Below, one piece after another: positions 11,312 through 23,109 of a DNA stretch of 64,000 bases. The position numbers and the translations under genes were made by a program. Where the stretch lies: assembly GCA_964035545.1 (NCBI GenBank), contig OZ037766.1:22122767-22186766 (forward strand). The letters run 5' to 3'. Numbering within the stretch: the first letter of the stretch is position 1; each line of letters opens with the position of its first letter. Origin of the DNA: Bugula neritina (taxonomy: Eukaryota; Animalia; Bryozoa). The notes below the pieces were generated by a model that did no database searches, was not told the DNA's origin, and saw nothing but the letters and a program-made list of their open reading frames with translations.

Positions 11312-11658
11312 TGTAATGGGATTACGTAGTATAATAATGGGGTCGTCCCCTCTTGTATGGGAATACTTATAACTATGTTCTACTATCCAATCAGAGGGAC
11401 CGGAAGGCAAGGTTCCGGTCAAGTGACTGTCCGCGGGTTAGCCAGCAGAAACCATGTGTTGTTGAGAGCAAGGACTCGTAGTAGTAACATGTGTTTGTAA
11501 TTGATGAGTGTTGTATAATAGTTTGATGTGGTGTTATAATTATGTTTATCGAATTAAATAAAGGTTATCGTACGCAAGCCAGACTAGTGATTGCTAGTTA
11601 AATTGACACTAAATACGCATACAATCCACGCTTAATAATTGTGCTAAAACTCACAACA
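11312..11658 (+). repeat. 3' LTR (347 bp)
   Basis: Copy of 6335-6681 with one mismatch, followed by the TSD GTAT. Confidence 0.97.
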
Positions 11659-12017
11659 GTATTTAGTTTTACTAATTACTGTTTTTAAAATGTGTTGGGG
11701 TTAAAAGTGACAGTCTATACAAGCAGCAGCATAGATAACTGAAATAATGCAAGCCCTTACATAAATACCATTCTCTAAACACTTGCACTCACCCTATGAT
11801 ACACATTTACAGTTACAGTTAGTGTTACTAACTGACTCTGAGTAACTGAGTTACACTCATGTCTTAACTCTTACTTTAAGTTTAATCATATCTTTAATAA
11901 ATTTACTAACTATGGGTTAATTGCATTAATTAACTTTTACAGCTACTGCTAGTGTATGTATAATAGTTGTGAAAAATGAAATCCTACACTTAGAGTAACT
12001 TAGTAAACCTGACTTAC

Positions 12018-12246
12018 TTAACAGACGACTTAGCAGATTGAGCTGACTTGCAAGGGGCGTAAATCCTTGGCGAGTACCGACTGCTTTAGGGGAATCCCCA
12101 CATTATAATGCTACAATATCCGATCTTCAACTATATTATTATTATAGATTTATAGTTACTATAATATTATCATACGTAGTTGTCTGCCTAATAGGCTTAA
12201 TGTTTGTTACTATGCTAAATTTGTAGCGGGACATGTCAACACTAAA
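12018..12246. promoter_or_regulatory. Putative bidirectional promoter between the ankyrin-TPR gene (non-coding first exon, minus strand) and the plus-strand gene at 12247
   Basis: Local CpG enrichment. Minus-strand donor GTAAGT at 12017-12012. YY1-like AAAATGGCGG overlaps the plus-strand ATG. The ankyrin gene's ATG exon is preceded by an acceptor (5255-5256), so it needs an upstream exon. Confidence 0.5.
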
Positions 12247-15200
12247 ATGGCGGTTCATGCCGCAGCAGTAAATCGCAATGTTACACCTTGCAACAACAAA
12301 AAAATTGTAGAGAATTTACTATCTGAAAAAGGTAAGTGTGAGTACGCAATATTAGACTGATCTAAATTAATTTTAGTTTGTGATAGATATAGTTATACCC
12401 TTTTCTACACCATCGCTCATTCAAACGTTTTTTCAGTTTTAGTTGAAGTAACACTAAGTCTAACAGTAACAGGAAGAGTTAGTAAGTGTAACAGTAACAC
12501 TAGCAGTAACTGTAAGTGTTACACTCACACTGTGACTGTAACACTAACTGTAGGTGTAACTAAGAGTGTGTGATCAACTGCAAGACTAACTCAATCTGCA
12601 AGTGTAAGTGTAACAAAGCCACTAACCATAAATCATTAAATCAATAAATGTAACTCTAGCTCAAATTCAAACTGTCTAACTCCAAGACTAAGAGTAAGAG
12701 TAAGTATGACCATTACTGTAAGTCTGAGAGTAAAACCAAACGCAAATTTAATAGTATTACTAATACTATAGGAATAATAATAGTATTACTAATAGTAATA
12801 GTAATACTGATAATATTAATAATAGTAATACTAATACTAATAGTAATACACTAATACTAATAATAATATTAATCTAATACTAACTAGTAATACTGTCGTA
12901 AACGTGTGGGTTGCCTACTGATAACAGTGATGATTTAAACATAAAATTCTTTGTGAGTCTGACCAAAATGAGGTAGGTAGATGGTTTATTGTAAGCCTGC
13001 TAATAAAAAAGGCTCAGGCATAGCCCTTCAAAATTAGAGAGAATAGTAGATGATGAAATAGTTCCAAGTAGTCTACAGTGATCCTTCTTCAAAACTGATT
13101 AACAACAAAAAAAGCGCCTGCCTTTTATACTAAAACTTCCCTTGCACAAAGGCCTGAATTCGTGTGTCTAATCGCCCATCGGATGTCCGAACCGCCCGAA
13201 TCGGGCACCTGACTTCCGAGTCGGACACCCGAACCCCGATTGGACATCCGAACCCTCCGAGTAGGATATCCCGAACTATTCGAATCCGAATATAGTACAA
13301 GATATTTGATTTTATAGTCAAACAATTTGCTATTCTTTCAACTTAATTTTCATAACATGAACTCAAATTAATTGCAAATTTACTCTATATTCTTCTCAGC
13401 AATCAACTTCTTTCCTGTTTTAAAAGTGTGAATAAATGTTTAATCTAGTTTTTGAATGTACAAATAGGGTAAAATTTATAAAATATATGAAGACTTTGCA
13501 TTCAAACTTAAATAATATAATAGGGCAGGTTAGCTCTTTGTTTAAAAAGGGTTTTGTTTTGCTGGAGAAATAGAATATTGAAAAATTTCATCTGATTGTC
13601 ACTATAATTTTTTTCTACTTCCAATAAACAGCTTTGGGTTGCATCATGCCAATTAATGAGTAGGCTTCTGTAATACATTGTCATTGTACTAAATCTTGCA
13701 CCGCATTAAATATTTCTAGTTGATGTTACACGACCTCCATGCTTGCACAGTACTGCTTCATACCGATACAGCACTGACTTGTGCCTCAAGAACAGAAGTG
13801 TATCTTTTTCTGCAAACAGTAGAACTAAAACAAAGCCTGGTGGAAACCTTCACACTGGAACAACAAAGCAAACTTCTAATTTGGCAAAACCTCGCAGAGT
13901 CTGCAGTGCAAAAGAGAGACTACTAGATAATGCCAATGTGAAAAGATCAGGTTCAAATGAAACAGTTGCGAACAAAGTAGCATCAAATCGACCCAGCTCT
14001 GCTCCAGTAAGACATGTTAAATATAGCACAGCCCCTACTACAAATTCTAACATCAAATTGGAGTTGGAAAAAGAAGAAAAACTTTTGTCAAATAAGCAAT
14101 TCAAGTAAGTTTATGAATGATAATTTTAATCATTAAAATGTCCAAGTTGTAGTGTTGAGTCCCCGTTGTGTAATGGAGGGCAAATTTCACTGGGGACAAA
14201 ATTGTTTTATAAGCTATTTCAGCTATCAGTGTAGTATAGTAGTACTCCGAGGGAGTTGAGAGGCCAGGGGAGCCTAAATATTGAAGGAGAAGTAGAGAGA
14301 CCAGTGGAGTTCTTGAGAACTGGGTGGGATGTAGTGTTGAGTTTATGCAGTGGCCACTGTGGTGTCTTGGGTTCGAAGACCAGTGGGTCGGTTATTTTAT
14401 TAATTCATTATTTATATTATTAAACTCAGCACTACACAAGTGTTACATTTTGTAGCTTTTTTAATAATTTATAAAAACATTGAGTCATTAATTATTATTG
14501 ATTCTGTGAATTGATCTGTTTATTATATAACCCATACTTTAAAAATTTCCAGCTCTAGACGTTTCCTTTTTGCTTTATAGATGTATAAATTATATGTGCT
14601 TGTAGTTTACAGAAACTTATAACTTAGTTGTGGTACCTTGAGTATCTCTTGTTCGGACATACATATGTTGCATTTAATTAATGACGCTACTATATTTCAG
14701 AGTACCACAGGGTCTAGACAGTATCTCTTCAAGTGTTAGTTTTGAGCTACCAAACTGTCTAGACCATCCAGCTCTGAGAGGCTCTATTGTACTGCTATCT
14801 GATTTACCAACGTACTCCGACCTACCAACTCTACCACCTGTTCATAGCACTGATGAAGCTTATCCATATTCACACGAAATCCCTAAGGAGTACATACATG
14901 TATGCTTCTACTTGGTCATCATTACCTGCATGCTTGCATTTTCAATCATTTATGCTATCAATGACCACATTCAATGTCTAAAGATGTAAATATAATTACC
15001 TATCTGGCAAGTAGATCTTTGTTGCTTTTTACTCTGATAAATCAACTGTATTATAATCTTTTAAAACCTAAATGCTGAATAAACAAGTTAAGTATTGCTT
15101 AGTTAGAATTTTAGAGTTGTTAGGTGATTTTTCCTATGCTATTATAAATTCTATGGAATTATAATGATTATATATTTGGTTGAAGTAACCGTTTGTTTTT

Positions 15201-16663
15201 CTCTGTTTTTAGAAACCCAAGAAATATACACATCCTTACTATGTAAGTATATACGATATGGATTGTGATATACACATCCTTATTATTTAAGTATATACAA
15301 CATGAATTATGATTATAAGCTTCAAGAATTTCAGGAAATTTATTGCTGTTCTATATTTTTCCTGATTTTATAGCCAGATATAGCCAGTCTGTTGTATAAC
15401 TAACATAACATGTTTTACCTACACGTAAAACAACTGCTATACTTTGGTAAAGTACTTTTTTGATATCTTCTTGGTACAATGATTAGGAACGAGTGAAAAA
15501 AATCAAAGGTTGGACATGCAATCATAGTGGTAGGGAGGTTAGGGTATCGTCCCTGACTGGCCAAACGATTCATCGTTTCACAGTTGACAAGTCTCGTGGT
15601 AAAAACGATGTTAGAGAAGAAATTGTTGAATTAGAAAGGCTGATGAAAGGCAAGTGTGAACGTAATATATCGTAAAAATTTTTTTCTTTTTCTTATAAAA
15701 AAATTTTGTTATTTGGTAAGAAAAGTTTTCACAGGCCATACAATCACGTTGATAATGGCTCTGTAGTAAACAGTTATAAGGACTAGTATTTTGTCCTATG
15801 ATTTTAGATTCTAATGCTTTAATAGACTAGCAAAATTTTACTATCAAGATTGGGTATTGTATAATAAATTACTTATAATATGAGTAATTAAATAGTTAGG
15901 GTCTAGTCAGTTATATTCAATTGTTGAAAAATTTAATTTGAAATTATGGAAACAGCAAGTAATTGCTTCTTGAGACTTGAAGTGAAAGTAAAGTATATTG
16001 TGGCATTGTAACAATATATTTATCAGGACAGTAAGTCATGCATATGAGGATGGTGGATATTATATAGATAGATTGTGAAGAGAGGCTGTGGCGTAGCCCT
16101 AATAGTACATACCTATATGCATTATGTGAAGGTAGTGTTTTTATGTCAACAGGCTTATCAACTGATTGGGGGAAATCCACTGTGGCTCTTTATCAAAATG
16201 AAATTAATAATCTGCAGAAAATGGTTAAAGAAACTCTTATGATGACATCACTTCCTCTAACTCCTCCAGATACCCCAGATCCTGTATGTAGTGTGCTGTC
16301 TCTTCATACTTCTTATGTACCTCTTGGTATATTTCTCTGCATGTTTTCACAATGTAATTGCACTGTTGTTTTAAATTTTAGAGCAGCTGCTATGTTTTGT
16401 GTGTGTTTATAACGATTACGGATCAAAGTTTTGAATGGAATGCCATAAATGTATTGCCTTGTATTATAACTTTTTGATGCCCAATGCTATATTCATAGAC
16501 TTGTTATTATATCTAGACTGGCTTAAGGAAGTTCTGTAAAGAATATGAAACGGCACTACAAGCTCTGGAAGCGAGACATCGGCAATGCATCGAAGAGTTG
16601 AGAGAGCTAGAAGAAATGGACAGATTGTATGATAGAGCTAAGATTTTAGCGAGCATGAATTGA
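12247..16663 (+). CDS. Uncharacterised ~379-aa protein with C-terminal coiled coil, 7 exons (12247-12331, 13720-14104, 14701-14899, 15213-15242, 15487-15649, 16153-16283, 16517-16663)
   Basis: Exon phases chain correctly (1140 nt total) when the intron at 15650 uses a GC donor (AAAG|GCAAGT). C-terminal helices EEIVELERLMKGL..VALYQNEINNLQKM and YETALQALEARHRQCIEELRELEE. Confidence 0.7.
13150..13297. repeat. CpG-rich (T/C)CCGA-repeat element, probable DNA-transposon subterminal or MITE fragment
   Basis: Dense CCGA/TCGG repeats and an inverted pair CGGATGTCC/GGACATCCG inside an AT-rich intron. Confidence 0.45.
14148..14436. mobile_element. Solo-LTR-like element (289 bp) with 5-bp TSD
   Basis: Ends TGTAGTGTTGAGT...ACTCAGCACTACA (13-bp inverted, 1 mismatch), flanked by CAAGT at 14143-14147 and 14437-14441. 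Confidence 0.75.
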
Positions 16664-18081
16664 CATGATATGATGTAATACAGGGGTTGAGCATAAAACT
16701 GTCTCACCAGAACAACTGTTGTATTTATACTCATGAGAATCAAGTACTGGCGTTTATTTTGAAAACACTGAGATTGGAATTTTTCAGCTGCAAATCTTAG
16801 AAACTGATTTAAAGACTTTATGATGATTAGACTCTATTGAAAATAATTGCAGGCTGGTGGTAATTAAAATATAATTTGTACCTTTACTAGTGTAATGTTG
16901 AATTAAAATATAAGTGCTGTAATGTTGTAGTTTTAGAAATTAAGGGTTATAATTTAAACAGATATTTTTACTTAGCCATTAAAATAGATTACAGAAGATT
17001 TCCATAGCATTTTGAGTTGTGAAGGTGTTGTTTAATTTTATTGAGACTCTAAAAATGAGGTGTTAAGCTGAACTGCTAATAACACTTTAGCTTCAAGGCT
17101 ATCCCTGTAGCTATATTACTTTATATTGATTTTATATTGTAATGTTTTAGTGCTTATTTGTTTAACAAAGTCCATTTTCTACCACAATTCCAATTGATAT
17201 CGTTGTGTTTCGAGAATTATTTTTATTTCAAGTCAAAGTTTATATAAGAAATTGAAATTTTTTAGCAATTGTTATATTATTATAAAATAAAAATAATTAT
17301 TTTGCCATGACTACTACAAAAAAATTTTGTTAGATTGTTTATTCTTGTTTGGCAGTAATATTTTTATAAGAATATAATATTAATAGCATGATCAACAACC
17401 TTAAATGTATCATCGATTGTTTTAAAATGTTAATATAGCATAGCAATAGTTTGTAAGGCTCTTTAAAAATGACTCATGGAATGCAAATACGATTTTATAA
17501 ATATTTTGTTATATCTAGCTAATGGGAATTACACAACTTTTTACAATTATTGTGAAACCTCATACACCTCAACCTGTGGACAGCAGCTGTTTCGGGATTT
17601 GTCATTGGTCACACCTTCTCAATAGAAGAAAATTATGTTTCTGCTAAATTATATTTAAAAGCAGCTAGAAGTTTAAGTAATGCTAGGAGTTACGAGCTTT
17701 GCATAATGCTGAAACGCGCACATACACCCCTACTTACATCCCTGCACACACACACCTATAAGAAAGCCTAATGGGTAAAATTGTTGCTTTTTTGATGCCT
17801 TCTGTTGAACGAGGCAGCTGCTCACTATTAATTCTGAATAACGAGACAAGTTTGAAATTTGGAAACTTTTCTATTTTCAACTCTAATTTACACTGACTAG
17901 TCATATAGCCATTTATCCCTGGGCCATAATGTAGCAGCATCTAGCTAACAGCTTTTTCCTTTTTCTTTTCAACTATATAGCTATACGGCTATATATAGCC
18001 GGTGCTAGTAAAATATATCATTTTCCTGTCTACTTCCATCCTTGTATCCTGTAAAAATATCACTTCAGTTTGAAAAAGATC

Positions 18082-18866
18082 ATGGCAGCAAACATTCCTA
18101 ACATGTTAGCCAGCACTTTTGTAAAAGAGACATTCCAGGAAATTATTGAGTGTGGCATCTGCACCAACATTAGACCGCTGAGGTTATTACCCTGTCAGCA
18201 CCTCATGTGTAGAGAATGTTTAGGTAAGATAAAAACTCTTATACTTTCAGTCACTTTCAGTCACTTTCAGTCTCTCAGGCTAAATGTAATGACATTTAGG
18301 CGATCAAAAGAAAAATGCATAACTCTATTTTGCAATATAATAATTCGTAAAAACTGATGTCATTTTATATATATTGTGATAGCATGAAACTTGTTACTTT
18401 TTTCAATAATTGAAAACCTAAGAATCACTAGCAAGAAAATTAATTTTTGCATAGATTTATGATAATTTATGAAGTTATTGATGGGTTTCAAATATACACT
18501 AATTGAAAATGCATAAAAATGTGTACACACACAAACGTACTATATGCATATAATACAAATCTTTTGCTGTTACTTCTATTGATAGTGTTGCAAAAACAAT
18601 GCATGATCAACTATGTATTCTCTACAACTTTTCTATTAATAACTCATTTTATCTGCTATATACTCTTTACTACAGATATGGTGTTAACTGGACCTGGAAA
18701 GTATTGCTCCTACTGTAAAAAGAAATTAGTTGGAAGCAATGCCATGTCATACCCCCAATGTAGAATAATTTCATGCATCCAACAAGAAGTACTAAAGCTG
18801 TCTACTACATTAAAAGGCTACTGTCTAATAGGTGGAGTAGAATATACTTTTTATGATTTTAAATAA
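18082..18866 (+). CDS. Small C3HC4 RING-finger protein, 2 exons (18082-18223, 18676-18866); possibly a truncated TRIM-like gene
   Basis: Splicing the phase-1 intron completes the RING: CGIC-TNIRPLRLLP-CQHLMCREC-L|DMVLTGPGKY-CSYC. Confidence 0.65.
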
Positions 18867-19122
18867 AATGGTACAGGTAATAATGACTCAAATGGAAAAG
18901 GAAGTGAACATGCCACACTGGTGCCAAATTTTCCCCAAACTCCTCTCCCACCCCAAACCCTCCAACTCCAAACTCAAACCCGTATCTCAAACCCCCACCC
19001 CAATATATTGAAAATGTGCCATTTTTATATATTTTTCCATCTGCGCCATTGTTACCTGTGCCATTTTGACCATGCCATTTTTCCTATGCTGCATTTTACC
19101 TGTGCCATTTTTACCAGACACC
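18865..19122. mobile_element. Foldback/MITE-like fragment with TGTGCCATTTT repeats
   Basis: Tandem TTACCTGTGCCATTTT-like units at ~19015-19120 and an inverted copy AAAATGGTACAGGTAA at ~18865-18881. Confidence 0.45.
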
Positions 19123-19369
19123 ACTTTTCATACATATTATAACCATAATATTGTAGTAATTTGTGCAATTACTGAGCGTGAGTTATTTACTTGCGTATAG
19201 TTAGCTGGTTATTCTGCTAGCAATTACTAGGGTAGCTGTCGAGTAATTATATTTATTATCCACAATAAAGCATAAAACAAACATCACATCAAATTATCCT
19301 ATACATCAGTCAACTACTAACACATGTTACTACTTCAAGCCTCCGCTTACAACAACGTGATATAATGTT

Positions 19370-19480
19370 AATAGCCCGGGAAGTGTCACGTGAATCGGAA
19401 GCATATCTTCCGGAGCTGCTAATTGGTTGCTACATAAGGGCTAAGTATTCCAAGAGTAGGGAGAGGGCGATTCCCGTATT
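19370..19480 (+). promoter_or_regulatory. Putative promoter of the gene at 19641
   Basis: Cluster of ETS-like CGGAAG/TTCCGG, E-box CACGTG and inverted CCAAT (ATTGG) in a CpG-rich patch. Confidence 0.5.
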
Positions 19481-19640
19481 TGTACTTTGCACTACTCACT
19501 ACAATATTATAGAGTAAAAACCAATATTTTCAAAAGAACTCATACTTTTTATGATAAGTATTAAAGTCGCAAAGTATCGGTAATAAATTGTAGACGAAAA
19601 AGATCTATGTGAGGTTGAAAGCTGTAGGAGATCAATCGAC

Positions 19641-20663
19641 ATGTTTTGCCCTACCAGTTTGGAGTTTCTCTGTTTTCGGTGAGCTCAATGTTTTTGCTTT
19701 AATTTACGCAGTTCATCACATAACACAAACACAATCATGTAATGTATGTTTATCAGTAGAAAAAGTAGTAACAGTAGGTGTAGTAGCAATTTTGGTAATA
19801 TATTAGTGATAGTAGTAGTAGCAGTAGCAGCAGTAGCACTAGTAGCAGTATTCATATTCACTGCATTTGTTATACTTGTGTTGCCAGTTGCAGCAAGGGG
19901 AAAGACGTTAAAGCGTACGATGATGAACTCCTGGGAAGTTACAAATCAAAGTTTCAGAGTTGGAAAATTAATAAAGAAACAGTTATTGCTGAACTTGAGA
20001 CAAAGGTAAGATTAATGAATGGAGAACAGTTTTAATTTGCTTCTTGCAAATTTATATCTTTATGTAAATCATCTAAAAGTAAATGTTTAATTGTATAAAC
20101 GAAGTGGCTGTAGACTTTTGCAGTGTGCTTTTAATAATAACAGAATTGGCAGATTAAGTGTATTTTCTTCATTGAATTGAAACATATATAAAATTACTTT
20201 TTACAGCAAAGAGAAATGGTCGAAGACATAAAAATTGGTCTAGGTAACTTATCTATCGACAACTTGGTGGAAGTTTTTGAGGCGGCCAGCATAAAAAAGA
20301 TTCAGTTTCAACAGTTATCTGAAAATCTAGCTAAACAGAAAGTAATACTTGGCCGGCACTGTGACGAAGTCAATGGTGCCAGTGATACTTACTTCATAAA
20401 GGTTGTCCAGGAGATTTATGAGGCTCTATCAGGTGAGGCTACCAATGATCTACTCACTTAAGAGCAGTAAAGGAGAAATTGTGAAAGTCTAAGTTCTTTA
20501 ATTTTATTATTAAATTTTGGTTTGGGAAGTGAGTTGAAATATTTGTGAGAACATAACTTCTTTTGCTACATTTTTAACTTAGAGCACAGGCTTTTCTCAA
20601 TTTCTCTATTGCTACACCAACCCTGATCTACTGCAGCATTCAGATCAAGAAATGGTAATTGAG
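19641..20663 (+). CDS. Uncharacterised helical protein, exons 19641-19678, 19894-20005, 20207-20432, 20590-~20663; 3' end unresolved (possible further exon near 21167)
   Basis: Phase-consistent GT-AG chain giving MFCPTSLEFLCFRKGKDVKAYDDELLGSYKSKF...QREMVEDIKIGLGNL. Confidence 0.5.
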
Positions 20664-20889
20664 GTATAAGTATAAAATCGTTGGAAAACCAGCATCAACA
20701 AAGTATAAGTATTCAATATTGTTCCATTAATATTTACTTCAATCTGAATGAAATACTAATTGAACAAAATATGGCAATATAAATAGGAACAGTTGTAGTT
20801 TAGTGGTTAATCATTTGACCTGGTCGTGAGATTTGAGTCTCAATGGAGCCATTGCCAGGAAATCAACATATTATACTCATGCACTAGTA

Positions 20890-20976
20890 TAATATATATA
20901 TAATTATAATATATTATAATATATATATTTTTTATATATTACATATATTACATATTATATATATACATATATATAT

Positions 20977-21025
<49 letters not shown>

Positions 21026-21041
21026 TACATATATCACATAT

Positions 21042-21077
<36 letters not shown>

Positions 21078-21107
21078 ATTATAACTATAATATATTGTAT
21101 TATATAT
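20890..21107. repeat. (TA)n microsatellite, interrupted
   Basis: Long TA runs interrupted by CA. Confidence 0.9.
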
Positions 21108-23109
21108 CAGGCTGGTGCAGTTCTTTTTCTGTTTAAAATAAATACTGCCAATACTGGTTTGTACAGAGCTGCAAACTATCCAAATATAACAAACTTGTAA
21201 ATAAGACCTTTTGGTTGGAGGGTCAACAGTTTATGTGCTGGCGGAGTAAACATATAACTATATATAGCTGCCATGTTATGTAAAAATCCTATGTGTCTAG
21301 CTAAGGAAAAAGGTAAGCGTACAATTAGTTCAATAGCTACTTTATGACATTAAACTGTTTGTATTAAATAATCATACAACTTTTCTTTTTAAGAGACAGC
21401 ATAAGGATGAGGATGGAGAATTAATGACTGTTGGCTAAAAAGATACACAATGTATCGAGTATAACAATCGCATCAACTTTTGTTTTAATAAATTCTTATT
21501 GATACTTTTTTCAGTTATATTCAGTAGTATTGTTGTATTCTATTTTGTTTGATGCTTGAAGTTGTCAAAATACTAATTAGGTAATTTAGCATAAGTTGCA
21601 ATAGTTTGAAATTAAAAGCTTGTGCATTGTGTGTAGATTACTTTGTAAAATATTTTTCTTTATTTCATTAAGTTTTTGTTATTTCTTTTGTTTGTTTACT
21701 TGAAATACAATAATTACCTTTTACATAAGGACTATGGCAAGTAAAATTTGATCGAACAATGCAATATTAGCCCACCAGTAGAATCATAAGTTGCCAACTG
21801 TTTAAATGCAGTGCATTCAGGTCACAGCCATCACAAATCTTTTTATCTGTACCAAAAGTATTGTCATAACTCCAGTCACTGCAGTTCTATAATATATTAA
21901 CTTAAACTTCAATTTAAAAAATTGATGTCATATGTAGTTGTATTATTCGACAATGCATATTACAATGTGATACATATGCTGGTAGAGTTGTCTGCTCATT
22001 GGTTAGTGTTTCTTTGATGACCAGAAGCCTGTGTTTTTAGAATAAAGTTGCTATATTTCTCTGAGTTGGATATCTATCTGGACAACCATGTATCAAGAAA
22101 GAAGCTGCCATTATTGATATTTACTCTGATGTATTAGTATTTGTTGTCTTCACTCTTCACATGTTACTTTTTGAGATACAAGTTTTTGAGACATGACTGT
22201 TAAAACTGGACTTTAGAGATTTAACTTTTGAGACTATATGCAATTTGAGTTCTTTATAATGGAACAAAACCGTATTGAGTGTTGTTTTGTACAATAAATT
22301 TTTTCAGGTATATCGCAGTACGTAACTATTCAACAGTATGCAAATATGTCGCAATAAATGAGGATGTCACAATAAGTAAGTATGTCACAGTATGTTAGTT
22401 TGTCACAAAAAGTAGTTAGAAAAAACAACAGCTAGAAGTGTCGCCTTGTCAGAGCTCAAACTTATCATTGACAGTTCTTGTGAATTATGATATTGTGTGT
22501 TTGCTGTTCACCAGCACAGCTGTTGAATTGCCCACACTTGATAGTTGCCTCGAGACTCAGTAAAAAGGCTTGTTGAAGAAATGGAAAAACATTTTGGTTA
22601 AATTAAGTAATAGATGTGTCAACTTAGCGTATTGAAATTGTATATAGTCATAATAGTCCATACCTAGACTTGTCCCTGAAAAAGTTGCAGTCTGAGCATA
22701 GATATTTCTCAAATCATGTACACGGGAAGGATAACTCTGGTTTATTCTATGTGAACCTTGACCTTAGCTAAAGTTTTTGCCAATTTATTGCAAATCAGAT
22801 AGCATTTTGTATTATACATGTACGTGATAAAGCAACAATTACTCGTTTGTTTTATTATAAGAACTCCAACTTCGTTGACCCATATGTGACCCTGCTAAAA
22901 CCAGAAGTATTGGAAAAATTAAGTTTTTCAAGTTGTTGGAAGTGTTTTAATTTTAATGTTCATTTATGCAGCAGAAGTTTTTATGTCTATAATTTTTCAA
23001 GCTATAAATTTTAATTTTTTCTAAGCTGATGGCTAGCTTATAACCATAGGTGAATAGCAAAATAATGCTTTAAATAATTGATTATTCATTATTGTGCTTA
23101 AAAGTTAAT

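Larger units (their letters stand above)
6335..11658 (+). mobile_element. Ty3/Gypsy-type LTR retrotransposon, non-autonomous (RT/RNase H and integrase core absent)
   Basis: Direct 347-bp LTRs TGTAAT...CAACA, 4-bp TSD GTAT (6331-6334, 11659-11662), PBS, PPT, gag, protease remnant and integrase H2C2 domain. The interior is GC-rich against an AT-rich background. Confidence 0.97.

Noticed and set aside
10257-11316. Envelope gene of an endogenous retrovirus
   Set aside because: ORF3 lacks a signal peptide and a transmembrane anchor. The hydrophobic ORF 11092-11316 is in another frame and reflects a T-rich 3' UTR.
18082-20461. Single RING plus coiled-coil (TRIM-like) gene joining the 18-kb and 20-kb exons
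   Set aside because: No phase-compatible donor was found, and a promoter-like cluster plus a phase-2 ATG exon at 19641 explains the downstream exons.
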